A DNA stretch of 64,000 nucleotides from the human T2T-CHM13v2.0 reference genome, Homo sapiens. The stretch is from NCBI RefSeq assembly GCF_009914755.1, contig NC_060931.1; one strand, written 5' to 3'. The notes beneath the pieces were generated by a model. That model worked only from the letters and a program-made list of their open reading frames with translations. It ran no database searches and was not told the DNA's origin. Numbering within the stretch: position 1 is the stretch's first letter; each line of letters begins with the position of its first letter. This document shows positions 19,293 to 29,609 of the stretch, one piece after another. The position numbers and the translations under genes are program-made.

Positions 19293-19393
19293 GTACCAGC
19301 TGCCACTGTCACCCCCTGAACCCTCACTCTGGGCCTCCTGACCTGGGGCAGGGCCAGCCTTCCGCCCCTCCCGAGCCTCACATCTCCCTCCAG

Positions 19394-19512
19394 GTATGAA
19401 TCTGGGGACCACGTGGCTGTGTACCCAGCCAACGACTCTGCTCTCGTCAACCAGCTGGGCAAAATCCTGGGTGCCGACCTGGACGTCGTCATGTCCCTGA
19501 ACAACCTGGATG
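19394..19512 (+). CDS. POR: POR exon 10 (YESGDHVAVYPANDSALVNQLGKILGADLDVVMSLNNLD)
   Basis: ctccag|...|gtgagt; 119 nt; YESGDHVAVYP motif. Confidence 0.98.
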
Positions 19513-20432
19513 GTGAGTGCCACAGTCAGGGCGCCCTGCCGGGCTCAGGCAGCCGCGGGATTGGGCCTGTAGGAAGGCCCTGGGTTGAGCTTCTGCTTAG
19601 GCCTGAAGCCCCGGTGCCTGGGAGGCCCTTGCACCGAGACTCCACGGTTACAGGATCCCAAGCAAACGGGAGGCGGGGTGGCCCTAGGGGTCTAGCCCTC
19701 TCTGTCGGGGTTCCCCCTACCCCGTCACTGTCATAGTCCTTTAAGGGAGTGAGGTGCTGAGGCCTGGTGGCAGAGGCAGCCCTGGCTCCCCCATGGCCAC
19801 TGTGTCCTGCTGGGAAGGAGGGCCTGGCTCCACGACCCACCTCTGCCGGCCTGGGGCTGCCCCCACCTCCTCACTGAAGTCAGGAGTCAGCAGCCCTCCC
19901 AGGCCCCCAAGGGTGCACAGTGGTGCCGAGTGGCAGTAGCCATTACGCGGGGCTGCCTGGGCCTGGTGGGGCTGCCCAGCCTGAGCCTCCCGCTGTGAAG
20001 CCCTCGGACCCCACTGGTCACCAACCTGGGCCGAGCCCACCTCGCCCCACCCCTGCTTGCCGGTCCTCAGCTGCCATGCCAGGGCTGCCCTTACTGTCAG
20101 CTTCCACAGCCCGCCTGTAGGGAAGCCTGGGCGGGGCTGTGTCAGACCGTGTAGTGTGCGGTGAAAGCACAGCGGGTGCGTTAGTGTGCAGGGGCTCCCC
20201 CGCACCTCCCCTAGCAGGGTCCTGCCTCTGATGAGGACTTCCTGTCTGGTTGGAGGCCCCAGACTTGGCCCCAGGGCCAGGGAGGCATCAGAGAGCATAG
20301 GCCTTGTTTCCAGCACCAGCTGGGGCACCTGTTGCTGCAGAGCTGGCCCAAGGTGTCACCCCCTCCCGCCGCAGCCACCCATCCCCAGGAGGCGGCCGCC
20401 TACCCCAAGTCCTGCCTGTGTCTTCCCTGCAG

Positions 20433-20614
20433 AGGAGTCCAACAAGAAGCACCCATTCCCGTGCCCTACGTCCTACCGCACGGCCCTCACCTACTACCTG
20501 GACATCACCAACCCGCCGCGTACCAACGTGCTGTACGAGCTGGCGCAGTACGCCTCGGAGCCCTCGGAGCAGGAGCTGCTGCGCAAGATGGCCTCCTCCT
20601 CCGGCGAGGGCAAG
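20433..20614 (+). CDS. POR: POR exon 11 (ESNKKHPFPCPTSYRTALTYYLDITNPPRTNVLYELAQYASEPSEQELLRKMASSSGEGK)
   Basis: ctgcag|...|gtgcgc; 182 nt. Confidence 0.98.
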
Positions 20615-20713
20615 GTGCGCCCCCTTAGCCCCCACAACCTCCGCCCCGTCACCCCGCCGTTTTCCGAGCTCCGTGGGCCCCAATCAGCCCCATCTCACCC
20701 CCGTGTCTCTTAG

Positions 20714-20863
20714 GAGCTGTACCTGAGCTGGGTGGTGGAGGCCCGGAGGCACATCCTGGCCATCCTGCAGGACTGCCCGTCCCTGCGGCCCCCCATCGAC
20801 CACCTGTGTGAGCTGCTGCCGCGCCTGCAGGCCCGCTACTACTCCATCGCCTCATCCTCCAAG
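20714..20863 (+). CDS. POR: POR exon 12 (ELYLSWVVEARRHILAILQDCPSLRPPIDHLCELLPRLQARYYSIASSSK)
   Basis: tcttag|...|gtgagg; 150 nt; RYYSIASS FAD-binding motif. Confidence 0.98.
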
Positions 20864-21234
20864 GTGAGGGCCGGCACTGCCCTGCCAGCCACACGCTGGA
20901 GGCCCAGCCCTGCTCACAGCAGGCAGAGTGCAAGGCGGCACAGGAGCTCCGAGATCTGAGCCCTGAGCTCCAGTTCCAGCCCCAGCGCAGCTCCAAATGC
21001 CTCCCCAGGCTGTGGACTCAGTCGGGCTGGCTTGTGAGATTCTCAGCATCTGTCCAGCCCCAGTCCCCAGAACCAGTCCGGGAAGCCGCTGGGGAGGGGG
21101 CCTCTGAGGTTTGGGTGCCAGGTGGGCTGGAAGAGGCCCTGGGTGAGTGGGGCTGGCCTGCAGAACGGGACTTGGGGCCGGGGCTGGGCAAGGGCCTCGG
21201 CTTGGCGGTGGAGCTCACACGGCCCTCCCCACAG

Positions 21235-21505
21235 GTCCACCCCAACTCTGTGCACATCTGTGCGGTGGTTGTGGAGTACGAGACCAAGGCCGGCCGCATC
21301 AACAAGGGCGTGGCCACCAACTGGCTGCGGGCCAAGGAGCCTGCCGGGGAGAACGGCGGCCGTGCGCTGGTGCCCATGTTCGTGCGCAAGTCCCAGTTCC
21401 GCCTGCCCTTCAAGGCCACCACGCCTGTCATCATGGTGGGCCCCGGCACCGGGGTGGCACCCTTCATAGGCTTCATCCAGGAGCGGGCCTGGCTGCGACA
21501 GCAGG
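21235..21505 (+). CDS. POR: POR exon 13 (VHPNSVHICAVVVEYETKAGRINKGVATNWL...IMVGPGTGVAPFIGFIQERAWLRQQ)
   Basis: ccacag|...|gtgagt; 271 nt; GPGTGVAPF NADPH-binding motif. Confidence 0.98.
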
Positions 21506-21578
21506 GTGAGTGGGGTCCCATGGGGGAGAGGGGGTGACGACTGGGAGCCCCGCGCTCACCCCGGCCCCTGCCACGCAG

Positions 21579-21724
21579 GCAAGGAGGTGGGGGAGACGCT
21601 GCTGTACTACGGCTGCCGCCGCTCGGATGAGGACTACCTGTACCGGGAGGAGCTGGCGCAGTTCCACAGGGACGGTGCGCTCACCCAGCTCAACGTGGCC
21701 TTCTCCCGGGAGCAGTCCCACAAG
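21579..21724 (+). CDS. POR: POR exon 14 (KEVGETLLYYGCRRSDEDYLYREELAQFHRDGALTQLNVAFSREQSHK)
   Basis: acgcag|...|gtgaga; 146 nt; YGCR and AFSR motifs. Confidence 0.98.
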
Positions 21725-21814
21725 GTGAGACGGGCGGGCACCCACGAAGGTGGGCATGAGGCTGGCAGGGCCACAGCCACAGTGCCCCCCTCACAGCACC
21801 ACCCTTGGCCCCAG

Positions 21815-21897
21815 GTCTACGTCCAGCACCTGCTAAAGCAAGACCGAGAGCACCTGTGGAAGTTGATCGAAGGCGGTGCCCACATCTACGTCTGTGG
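21815..21897 (+). CDS. POR: POR exon 15 (VYVQHLLKQDREHLWKLIEGGAHIYVC)
   Basis: ccccag|...|gtgagt; 83 nt; YVQH and IYVCG motifs. Confidence 0.98.
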
Positions 21898-21992
21898 GTG
21901 AGTGAGTGGGGTCACTGGAATAGGGGGCAGGGAGGACAAGGCCCTGCCTGCCACAGTTGGCCCAGCCCCCAGCACCCCCTCTTCCTGCCCAG

Positions 21993-22137
21993 GGATGCAC
22001 GGAACATGGCCAGGGATGTGCAGAACACCTTCTACGACATCGTGGCTGAGCTCGGGGCCATGGAGCACGCGCAGGCGGTGGACTACATCAAGAAACTGAT
22101 GACCAAGGGCCGCTACTCCCTGGACGTGTGGAGCTAG
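21993..22137 (+). CDS. POR: POR exon 16, final coding part (DARNMARDVQNTFYDIVAELGAMEHAQAVDYIKKLMTKGRYSLDVWS*)
   Basis: gcccag| acceptor; ends in the canonical DVWS + TAG. Confidence 0.98.
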
Positions 22138-22490
22138 GGGCCTGCCTGCCCCACCCACCCCACAGACTCCGGCCTGTAATCAGCTCTCCTGGCTCCCTCC
22201 CGTAGTCTCCTGGGTGTGTTTGGCTTGGCCTTGGCATGGGCGCAGGCCCAGTGACAAAGACTCCTCTGGGCCTGGGGTGCATCCTCCTCAGCCCCCAGGC
22301 CAGGTGAGGTCCACCGGCCCCTGGCAGCACAGCCCAGGGCCTGCATGGGGGCACCGGGCTCCATGCCTCTGGAGGCCTCTGGCCCTCGGTGGCTGCACAG
22401 AAGGGCTCTTTCTCTCTGCTGAGCTGGGCCCAGCCCCTCCACGTGATTTCCAGTGAGTGTAAATAATTTTAAATAACCTCTGGCCCTTGG

Positions 22491-22496
22491 AATAAA
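22491..22496 (+). terminator. POR: POR polyadenylation signal AATAAA
   Basis: AATAAA ~355 nt after the stop, followed by U/GU-rich sequence (tgttttctgtatttg...tgtgtg). Confidence 0.9.
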
Positions 22497-22656
22497 GTTC
22501 TGTTTTCTGTATTTGCCTGGTATTGTGTGAGTAGATCTGGGACCTCCACCTGCATCAACTTAACTAACTCAGACCCCAGGAACCCATGTGGTGGGGCCAC
22601 CCAGCCCTCCCCTCCCCCAGGAGAACACACACGCTCAGGCCACCTCTGGGCCTCTC

Positions 22657-22662
22657 TTTATT
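22657..22662 (-). terminator. TMEM120A: TMEM120A polyadenylation signal AATAAA
   Basis: tttatt on + strand, ~165 nt past the TMEM120A stop; GU-rich gtgtgtg downstream on - strand (~22625-22632). Confidence 0.85.
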
Positions 22663-22827
22663 GAGGGCACTGGGCCCAGGTCTTCCTTCAGGGCCCACAG
22701 CGCCCATAAAACCCAAGGGAGAATAGAAGAGACCCCCTGATACACGCACACTCGAGGGGCGCCTCCCATCCCCTCCCACAACACACAGGACAGAAGCCCC
22801 TCTGGGCCGGCAGGGGAAGGCCCAGCC

Positions 22828-22941
22828 TCAATCCTTCTTGCTCCCGTGCCGCTGACTGTGAAACTTGTGGTGCACAACCCTCAGGGTGGTGAAGAAATTG
22901 CCGAGGAAAAGGAGGAGGAAGGGAAAGCCGCACATAAGCAC
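22828..22941 (-). CDS. TMEM120A: TMEM120A exon 12, final ([37 protein letters not shown])
   Basis: cggcag| acceptor; TGA stop; last transmembrane helix. Confidence 0.97.
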   Translation of the reverse strand: MLMCGFPFLLLFLGNFFTTLRVVHHKFHSQRHGSKKD

Positions 22942-23015
22942 CTGCCGGAGGAATAGGGTGAGGGCTGGACATGGGCCTGGCCCCCCATCCATCCTGTCCA
23001 GGGACCCCGGCTCAC

Positions 23016-23084
23016 CTGCCACTCCTTGCACTGAGGGTCCTGGGCCAGGTTGAACAACGTCAGCGCGTTAAAAAGCTGCCAGAA
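23016..23084 (-). CDS. TMEM120A: TMEM120A exon 11 ([23 protein letters not shown])
   Basis: gcttag|...|gtgagc; 69 nt. Confidence 0.97.
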
Positions 23085-23189
23085 CTAAGCAGGGAGGAGG
23101 CATTTTACTCAGAAGACCCAGTCCCTGCTGGAGCCCGAAACCGGCGCAGAGGACGGACAGACAGGCAGGGACACAGAGGCACGACTTAC

Positions 23190-23254
23190 GTGTCCAAAGA
23201 AAAGAAAAGGCAGCAGGAAGGTGAGGCCCCGCCACATCCAGGACTGGAAGCCCT
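23190..23254 (-). CDS. TMEM120A: TMEM120A exon 10 ([21 protein letters not shown])
   Basis: ccgcag|...|gtaagt; 65 nt. Confidence 0.97.
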
Positions 23255-23369
23255 CTGCGGGGAGGAAGGTCAGGGCACAGGACGGCCAGGGACAGAGGGG
23301 ACGCTACCACTCAGACCCGGGATGGGAGGAAAGGGGAATGTCCAGATGCCAGGGCCACTCCCGACTCAC

Positions 23370-23462
23370 CCACAGTGAGGTCCATGGTGTGCCGCTCGCC
23401 CAGCGCCCGCAGGCGGTAGAGGCAGCCGCTCTGGTAGTAGTACTGGAGAAACTGCACGAAGC
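23370..23462 (-). CDS. TMEM120A: TMEM120A exon 9 ([30 protein letters not shown])
   Basis: gcccag|...|gtgagt; 93 nt; conserved TMEM120 [13 protein letters not shown] motif. Confidence 0.97.
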
Positions 23463-23574
23463 CTGGGCCGGGCGGAGGACAGAGGAGCAGGGCTGAGCCC
23501 CGGGAGGGGTTCCCTGCCCCTGCCCCCCACCACGGGTGCCTCCAGGGCTCAGCACAGACATCTGGGACACTCAC

Positions 23575-23636
23575 TCTGGTACATGGAAAAGGAGAGGAAT
23601 TGGTTCCGGAATTTCTGGTACATGAGACCGTCGGGC
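23575..23636 (-). CDS. TMEM120A: TMEM120A exon 8 ([20 protein letters not shown])
   Basis: ccttag|...|gtgagt; 62 nt. Confidence 0.97.
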
Positions 23637-23734
23637 CTAAGGTAAAAAGTGGAGGGCAGTGTGGGGACCCTTGGGGATGCCGTGTATCCCCTCCTTGTCC
23701 CAGCTCCTGCCCCTGCCGGGGCCCAGCCACTCAC

Positions 23735-23800
23735 CACGTCAGCATGACTCCCGACAGGAAGGTGGACACGTAGTGATGGAACACCCACCAGCCTTTGATC
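23735..23800 (-). CDS. TMEM120A: TMEM120A exon 7 ([21 protein letters not shown])
   Basis: ctccag|...|gtgagt; 66 nt; WWxxHH motif of the ELOVL-like CoA-binding core. Confidence 0.97.
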
Positions 23801-23903
23801 CTGGAGCAGAGAGCCACCATCACCCCCAGCGCCTGTTCCTGCTTCCCGGAGGGTCCTGGCACCCCATTCCATGCTCCCCTCCCTCAGGGCCCGCCCTGCC
23901 CAC

Positions 23904-23993
23904 CGGGAGCCGTTGTTGATGAGGATGCTCTCCCGGATGGTCAGGGTGCAGTAGTACCAGACCAGCAGGAAGTTGAAGGCAGCATCTGTCACC
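23904..23993 (-). CDS. TMEM120A: TMEM120A exon 6 ([29 protein letters not shown])
   Basis: ccgcag|...|gtgggc; 90 nt. Confidence 0.97.
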
Positions 23994-24072
23994 CTGCGGA
24001 GGGAGGGGACCGAGGGTTGGTACTGCAGCGACTGGGGATGGGGTGGGTCCTCGGCCGGGGTGGGACGCCCAC

Positions 24073-24168
24073 CTGGAGTTGAGCAGGAAGCGGCAAGTGA
24101 AGGAGATGAGGATGAGGATGATGGTGAGGTAGAGCTTGAACTTCTCATACTCGTCCTTGTAGGCAAAC
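24073..24168 (-). CDS. TMEM120A: TMEM120A exon 5 ([31 protein letters not shown])
   Basis: ccccag|...|gtgggc; 96 nt; YKDEYEKFK motif. Confidence 0.97.
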
Positions 24169-24258
24169 CTGGGGGGCGCAGGCCGGTGAGACGGGTGGGG
24201 TGCTGGTGGGGCCCATGTGTGCCCCCACCCCGGGAGGGCAGCTGAGCCAAGGGTAGTC

Positions 24259-24718
24259 GGATGGAGGAGAAGGCCGGGTTGGGGGGTGGAGGGGAAGGCC
24301 AGGTGGGGTGGGGGGTGGAGGGGAAAACCAGGTTGGGGGGAAAGCCGGGTGGAGGGGTGGAGGGGAAGGCCGGGTGGGGGGGTGGAGGGGAAGGCGGGGA
24401 GGGGGTGTGGAGGGGAAGGCGGGGAGGGGGTGTGGAGGGGAAGGCCGGGTGGGTGTGTGGAGGGGAAGGCCGGGTGGGGGGGTGGAGGGGAAGGCCGGGT
24501 GGGGTGGGGGGTGGAGGGGAAGGCCGGGTGGGGTGGGGGGTGGAGGGGAAGGCCGGGTTGGGGGGTGGAGGGGAAGGCCGGGTTCGGGGGGAAGGCTGGG
24601 TGGAGGGGTGGAGGTTGAGGGGGGGAGGGGTGGAGGTTGAGGGGGGGAGGGGTGGAGGTTGAGGGGGGGAGGGGTGGAGGGGGGGAGGGGTGGAGGGGTG
24701 GAGGTTGGGGGGTGGAGG
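24259..24718. repeat. G-rich minisatellite (VNTR) filling TMEM120A intron 4
   Basis: About a dozen 23-29 bp units of GGTGGAGGGGAAGGCCGGGT(G)n, then ~21-bp units GGTGGAGGTTGAGGGGGGGAG. Confidence 0.95.
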
Positions 24719-24732
24719 CTCGGCCTGATTAC

Positions 24733-24792
24733 TTAGCCTGCTTGCTCAGGAGCGTGACGTTGACGTTCCCCAGAACCAGGCTCAGGTACAAT
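24733..24792 (-). CDS. TMEM120A: TMEM120A exon 4 (LYLSLVLGNVNVTLLSKQA)
   Basis: ccctag|...|gtaatc; 60 nt. Confidence 0.96.
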   Translation of the reverse strand: MVPEPGSGERQRHAPEQAG

Positions 24793-26233
24793 CTAGGGAA
24801 GGGGGTGGCGGGGTGAGGAGAAGCCCGAGTGACAGACAAGCCACCGGTACTCAGCCAAGCCTGCCAGGCCAGAGCCTGGGCCACCACCCCACCCCCTCAC
24901 CCGCTGCTTTCCGCAGGGCCTTGGCATCGGGTTCTGACCTTGGAGGCTGCAGACCCACTCCCTGCCATGCCCAGCCTTCCTGGCCGCCTGCTCCGGAATC
25001 CTGACCCCCGGAGGAAACAGTGTTCCCCCCCATCTCCAGAGTCTTGCCTGAAACTCCCCCACCTCAGGGCACAAGAGAACCCGGCTCTCCCTCCCTGCTG
25101 AGGGCCGTCCCCCTGTCCCCGATTGCTCCCCTGTGCGATGGCCACCACCTACCCCCCAGCTCCCTGCCACCTCCCCTCCAGAACCTGCAGTACTAGGTTC
25201 CACTTCAGAGACCCACACGCCTGGCCACATCTAGGACGACCTCCCAAACCAGAACAGAAACTCAGAGCTCTGACTGTGGGCTGACCCCAAGTACTCAGCC
25301 TCCCGGGGCGTTTCTTCCCACCACGACCCCCCTTGTCCCTCACCGAGGCCCCCACGCTCTCCAGTCCCAGATCTCATCAGAGCTGGCTGAGTCCCCAGGC
25401 CACCCGCCAATTACACCACTTTTTTGCCAATCCCCTTCATGTCCAGCCTCCACACCCACCAACTGAGATCATCTTGCCCTTCTCTGCCAGAGATACTCCA
25501 AGAGGTGACAGCAAAGTCACGGTCACTTTCTCAGCACCTGCCCCAGACACATGGGCTCTTGTTCACACTCAAGCCAAACAGACAGAGGCTCAGCATGGTT
25601 AGGCAATTTGCCCCAAGGCCACAAAGAACTTCTGGGACAGCCATGCTTCTCCCTCTACAGAATGCTCCCGGCACAGTGCTCCCCAAGCAGGCCAGCTTCA
25701 GCCTCCACTGCCAACCCACCAGGCTGCGGATGTGTCCCCACTCAGCTCGCCATCTGGTTCCCAGCACTCGCCTCTCCACATCCTCTCCCCGAAACCCTCT
25801 ACCCTGTCTCCTCCCACCTCGGGCCCCACCTGCAACACTGCAGAGAAGACAGCCTGACTCCTGCTCTATGGGGAGCACTATGCCAGGAGCACTGTGCCAG
25901 GAGCACTCCTCACTCTCATCTCTGCACCCTCCATCCCCCACTAGCCCTTCTCGCTCTCCCCAGGCTTCCCTCCATCACCTCCTGCCCTTCTCCTGGGTCT
26001 TTCCCCTCTCGGCCCCTCTTCTCAGCAGGTGGATGTGCTCGAGTCTTCCCAGAGGCAAAGTAACCCCACAAACAGGCAGTAGCTGCCCCTCAACCCAGTG
26101 CTAATTTCCAGTTCCTAGTTGCTAATTCTCTCCCTCCACTCACAGCCAAGCTCTAAAAAGTCTCCCAGAGGGCTGGGTGCGGTGGCTCACACCTGTAATC
26201 CCAGCACTTTGGGAGGCCGAGGCGGGTGGATCA

Positions 26234-26527
<294 letters not shown>

Positions 26528-26853
26528 TCATCCCCAAGATCGACATCCATCCCCTTCCACCAAATGGTTCTGCCAAGATGACCCAACTTCCAGGAAGCGC
26601 ATCCCCTTCCTTATCACAGGACTGACCCCAGGCTACGGACACTCCTTTCTTCTCCCTGCCTTCTGGGCCACGCCCTCTCCCAGCTATCTCCCTGCCTGCA
26701 GCCTCTGCTGGGATTTTTTGCTCAGCAGGGGGTTTTGCACTGCCCCATCCGTCCTCCTGGGTGACAGCTGCTGGCCTTTCCAGGTGCACATTCCACCGCC
26801 CCCGCCCGCCTACTGGGCTCAAGGCAAGAGCTGCAGCCCAGCAAAGCCTCTGA

Positions 26854-27448
<595 letters not shown>

Positions 27449-27710
27449 TAATCCAGGAAGCCTTCTGCGACCTCCTGGACTGGGTCAGGTGTCCCTCACT
27501 GTGCCACCTCATTCCCCATGCTACAAAGCACCTATCACAGTGAAATGTCACTCTCAGCCAGGTGTCTCCCCTGAAGTCAGCACTGTGCCTCATTGCTCAG
27601 CCTGTACTGGGCCCAGGGAACATTTGCTGACTATAATGACCAAGAGGAGGCAGCACCCGGCTTCAGGAGTGGCTGTGAACTGAGCTGGGGGTGGCGGTGG
27701 GGGCCCTCAC

Positions 27711-27827
27711 CCATTCTTCTTAGGCAAATAGGCCTCCATGTCAAAGAAGAGGCCTTGGCGCTCTTTCATCTGGTTCTCCAGCTCCTGTGCGGCCCCCTCG
27801 GCCTCTGCTGGGAGGGAGGGTTTGCAT
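27711..27827 (-). CDS. TMEM120A: TMEM120A exon 3 ([38 protein letters not shown])
   Basis: ccgcag|...|gtgagg; 117 nt. Confidence 0.97.
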
Positions 27828-28005
27828 CTGCGGGTAAGGCCAGAAACAGTCAGGGCAAGAGGACTCCCAAGTGTCCTCCCTGACTCCCACAGGGGCAGAA
27901 GGGCAAACACGGCCCAGAGAGGGGAGGGGCGGTGCCCAGGGTCTCACAGCGCCAGCCCTCCCACCCCACACTCTGCCCATGGCGGGTGGGGTAGGGGATC
28001 CTAAC

Positions 28006-28124
28006 TTCTTCAGGGCGAGGGCCAGCTCCTGGAGCCGCTTCTTCTGCCGCGTGATGGAGCTGGTGCAATTGTTCTGAAGTTTGGTCAGCTCCTCCAGCTT
28101 CAGGCGGTAGAGCCGATGGGTCTC
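28006..28124 (-). CDS. TMEM120A: TMEM120A exon 2, coiled coil ([39 protein letters not shown])
   Basis: ccccag|...|gttagg; 119 nt; begins in phase 0. Confidence 0.96.
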
Positions 28125-28321
28125 CTGGGGGCCGGAGGGGAGAGGCTCAGGCCAGTTGGGGAGCTACTGAGCCAGAGCCTGCAGGCAGGACGTGGCGCTC
28201 AGGCTCCCCCAGGGCTGCTGGGAGGGTCTCGCTCAGCGGGAAAGGAGGTAGAACTGTGCCTGCCCAGGGATGAGGTGGCTGTCTCCCCAAGGCAGGCAAG
28301 GACCTGGGTGTCCTCCTGTGA

Positions 28322-28501
<180 letters not shown>

Positions 28502-29609
28502 TAGGATTACAGGCACCTGCCATCATGCCCGGCTAATTTTTGTATTTTTGTAGAGACAGGGTTTCACCATGTTGGCCAGGCTGGTCTTGAACTCCTGACC
28601 TCAGGTGATCCGCCTGCCTCGGCCTCCCAAAGTGCTGGGATTACAGGCATAAGCCACCGCACCCAGCCAAGGTTTTCTTAGTCTCAGCCCATCTGCTAGT
28701 TGTCCCCACCCTACAAGGACAGACTCTTTCTCCTACCTTGAGTCTGGAGCTTAGGCCCCCAGGGCCACCTCCTGGACCAAGCAGGCAGCCCAGAGCCACC
28801 CCTCTATCCTCTCAGCTCCTCCTGCCTATCTAGCCTTCCAGTACAGGAGGAGCTCAGGTTCTCAGGAATCCCTGACATCTTCTTCCCAGGTTAAAGGTCA
28901 TCAGGTTTCAACCCTAGAGCCTCCTGCTCTAAGGCCAGCCCCACTCCCTTCCCCTAGCACCTTTGGCCCAAGGATTCCCCAAGCACTTTGCCCTGGTAGG
29001 TGAGTCTCAAGAAGGCGCAGCCTAGAGATGGGGCAAGGGGCAGTGTGAGGAGAGCCAAGAAGGGGCTGTGGCCAGGACAGCGGCGGCCAGGCGGGGAGAC
29101 TGGGTCTGCTCAGTCTCTGGGGAGAAGCACCAATGGCAGGGGCCTTGGCAGGGCCAGGGGCAGCTGGGTTTCAATGCCCACAGGAAGCAGTTGGAACCAG
29201 TCCAGGAGAGGCCAAGGGCTAACCAAGCCATCAGCTGGCCAGGGCTCTACTCTGTCTGGATCTTGTTTCTCATGCCCAGGAGGGGTCACCACGCCCCCTC
29301 GGACCCCAGCACGTGCCACTTCTGCCCACCCACAGCCACCGCCCTCTTCCCTGCCTGGATGAGGCCAACAGCCTCCTCCTCCCTGGCCTCTGGACAGAAC
29401 AGCCACGGTGGCCCTGGGGAGCTCAGTCCAGACAATTCCTCCCGTAGCTTTCCACTGGCCTCGGAGGGACTCTGATCTCTGCCAGGCCAGAGCGTCCCTG
29501 CAGGGCCTAGCCCCGCCCACCCCTCCCACCCGTCCCACCCCTCCCCTGGTTCTCCTTGATGCAGCCACATGGGCCTGTCAAGTCCCCTCTTTCCTTCCAA
29601 AGGCCTCGG

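Noticed and set aside
24217-24662. Three Gly/Trp/Arg-rich ORFs and a repeat-spacer-like appearance
   Set aside because: Translations of the G-rich VNTR; units are contiguous with no unique spacers, so not a CRISPR-like array
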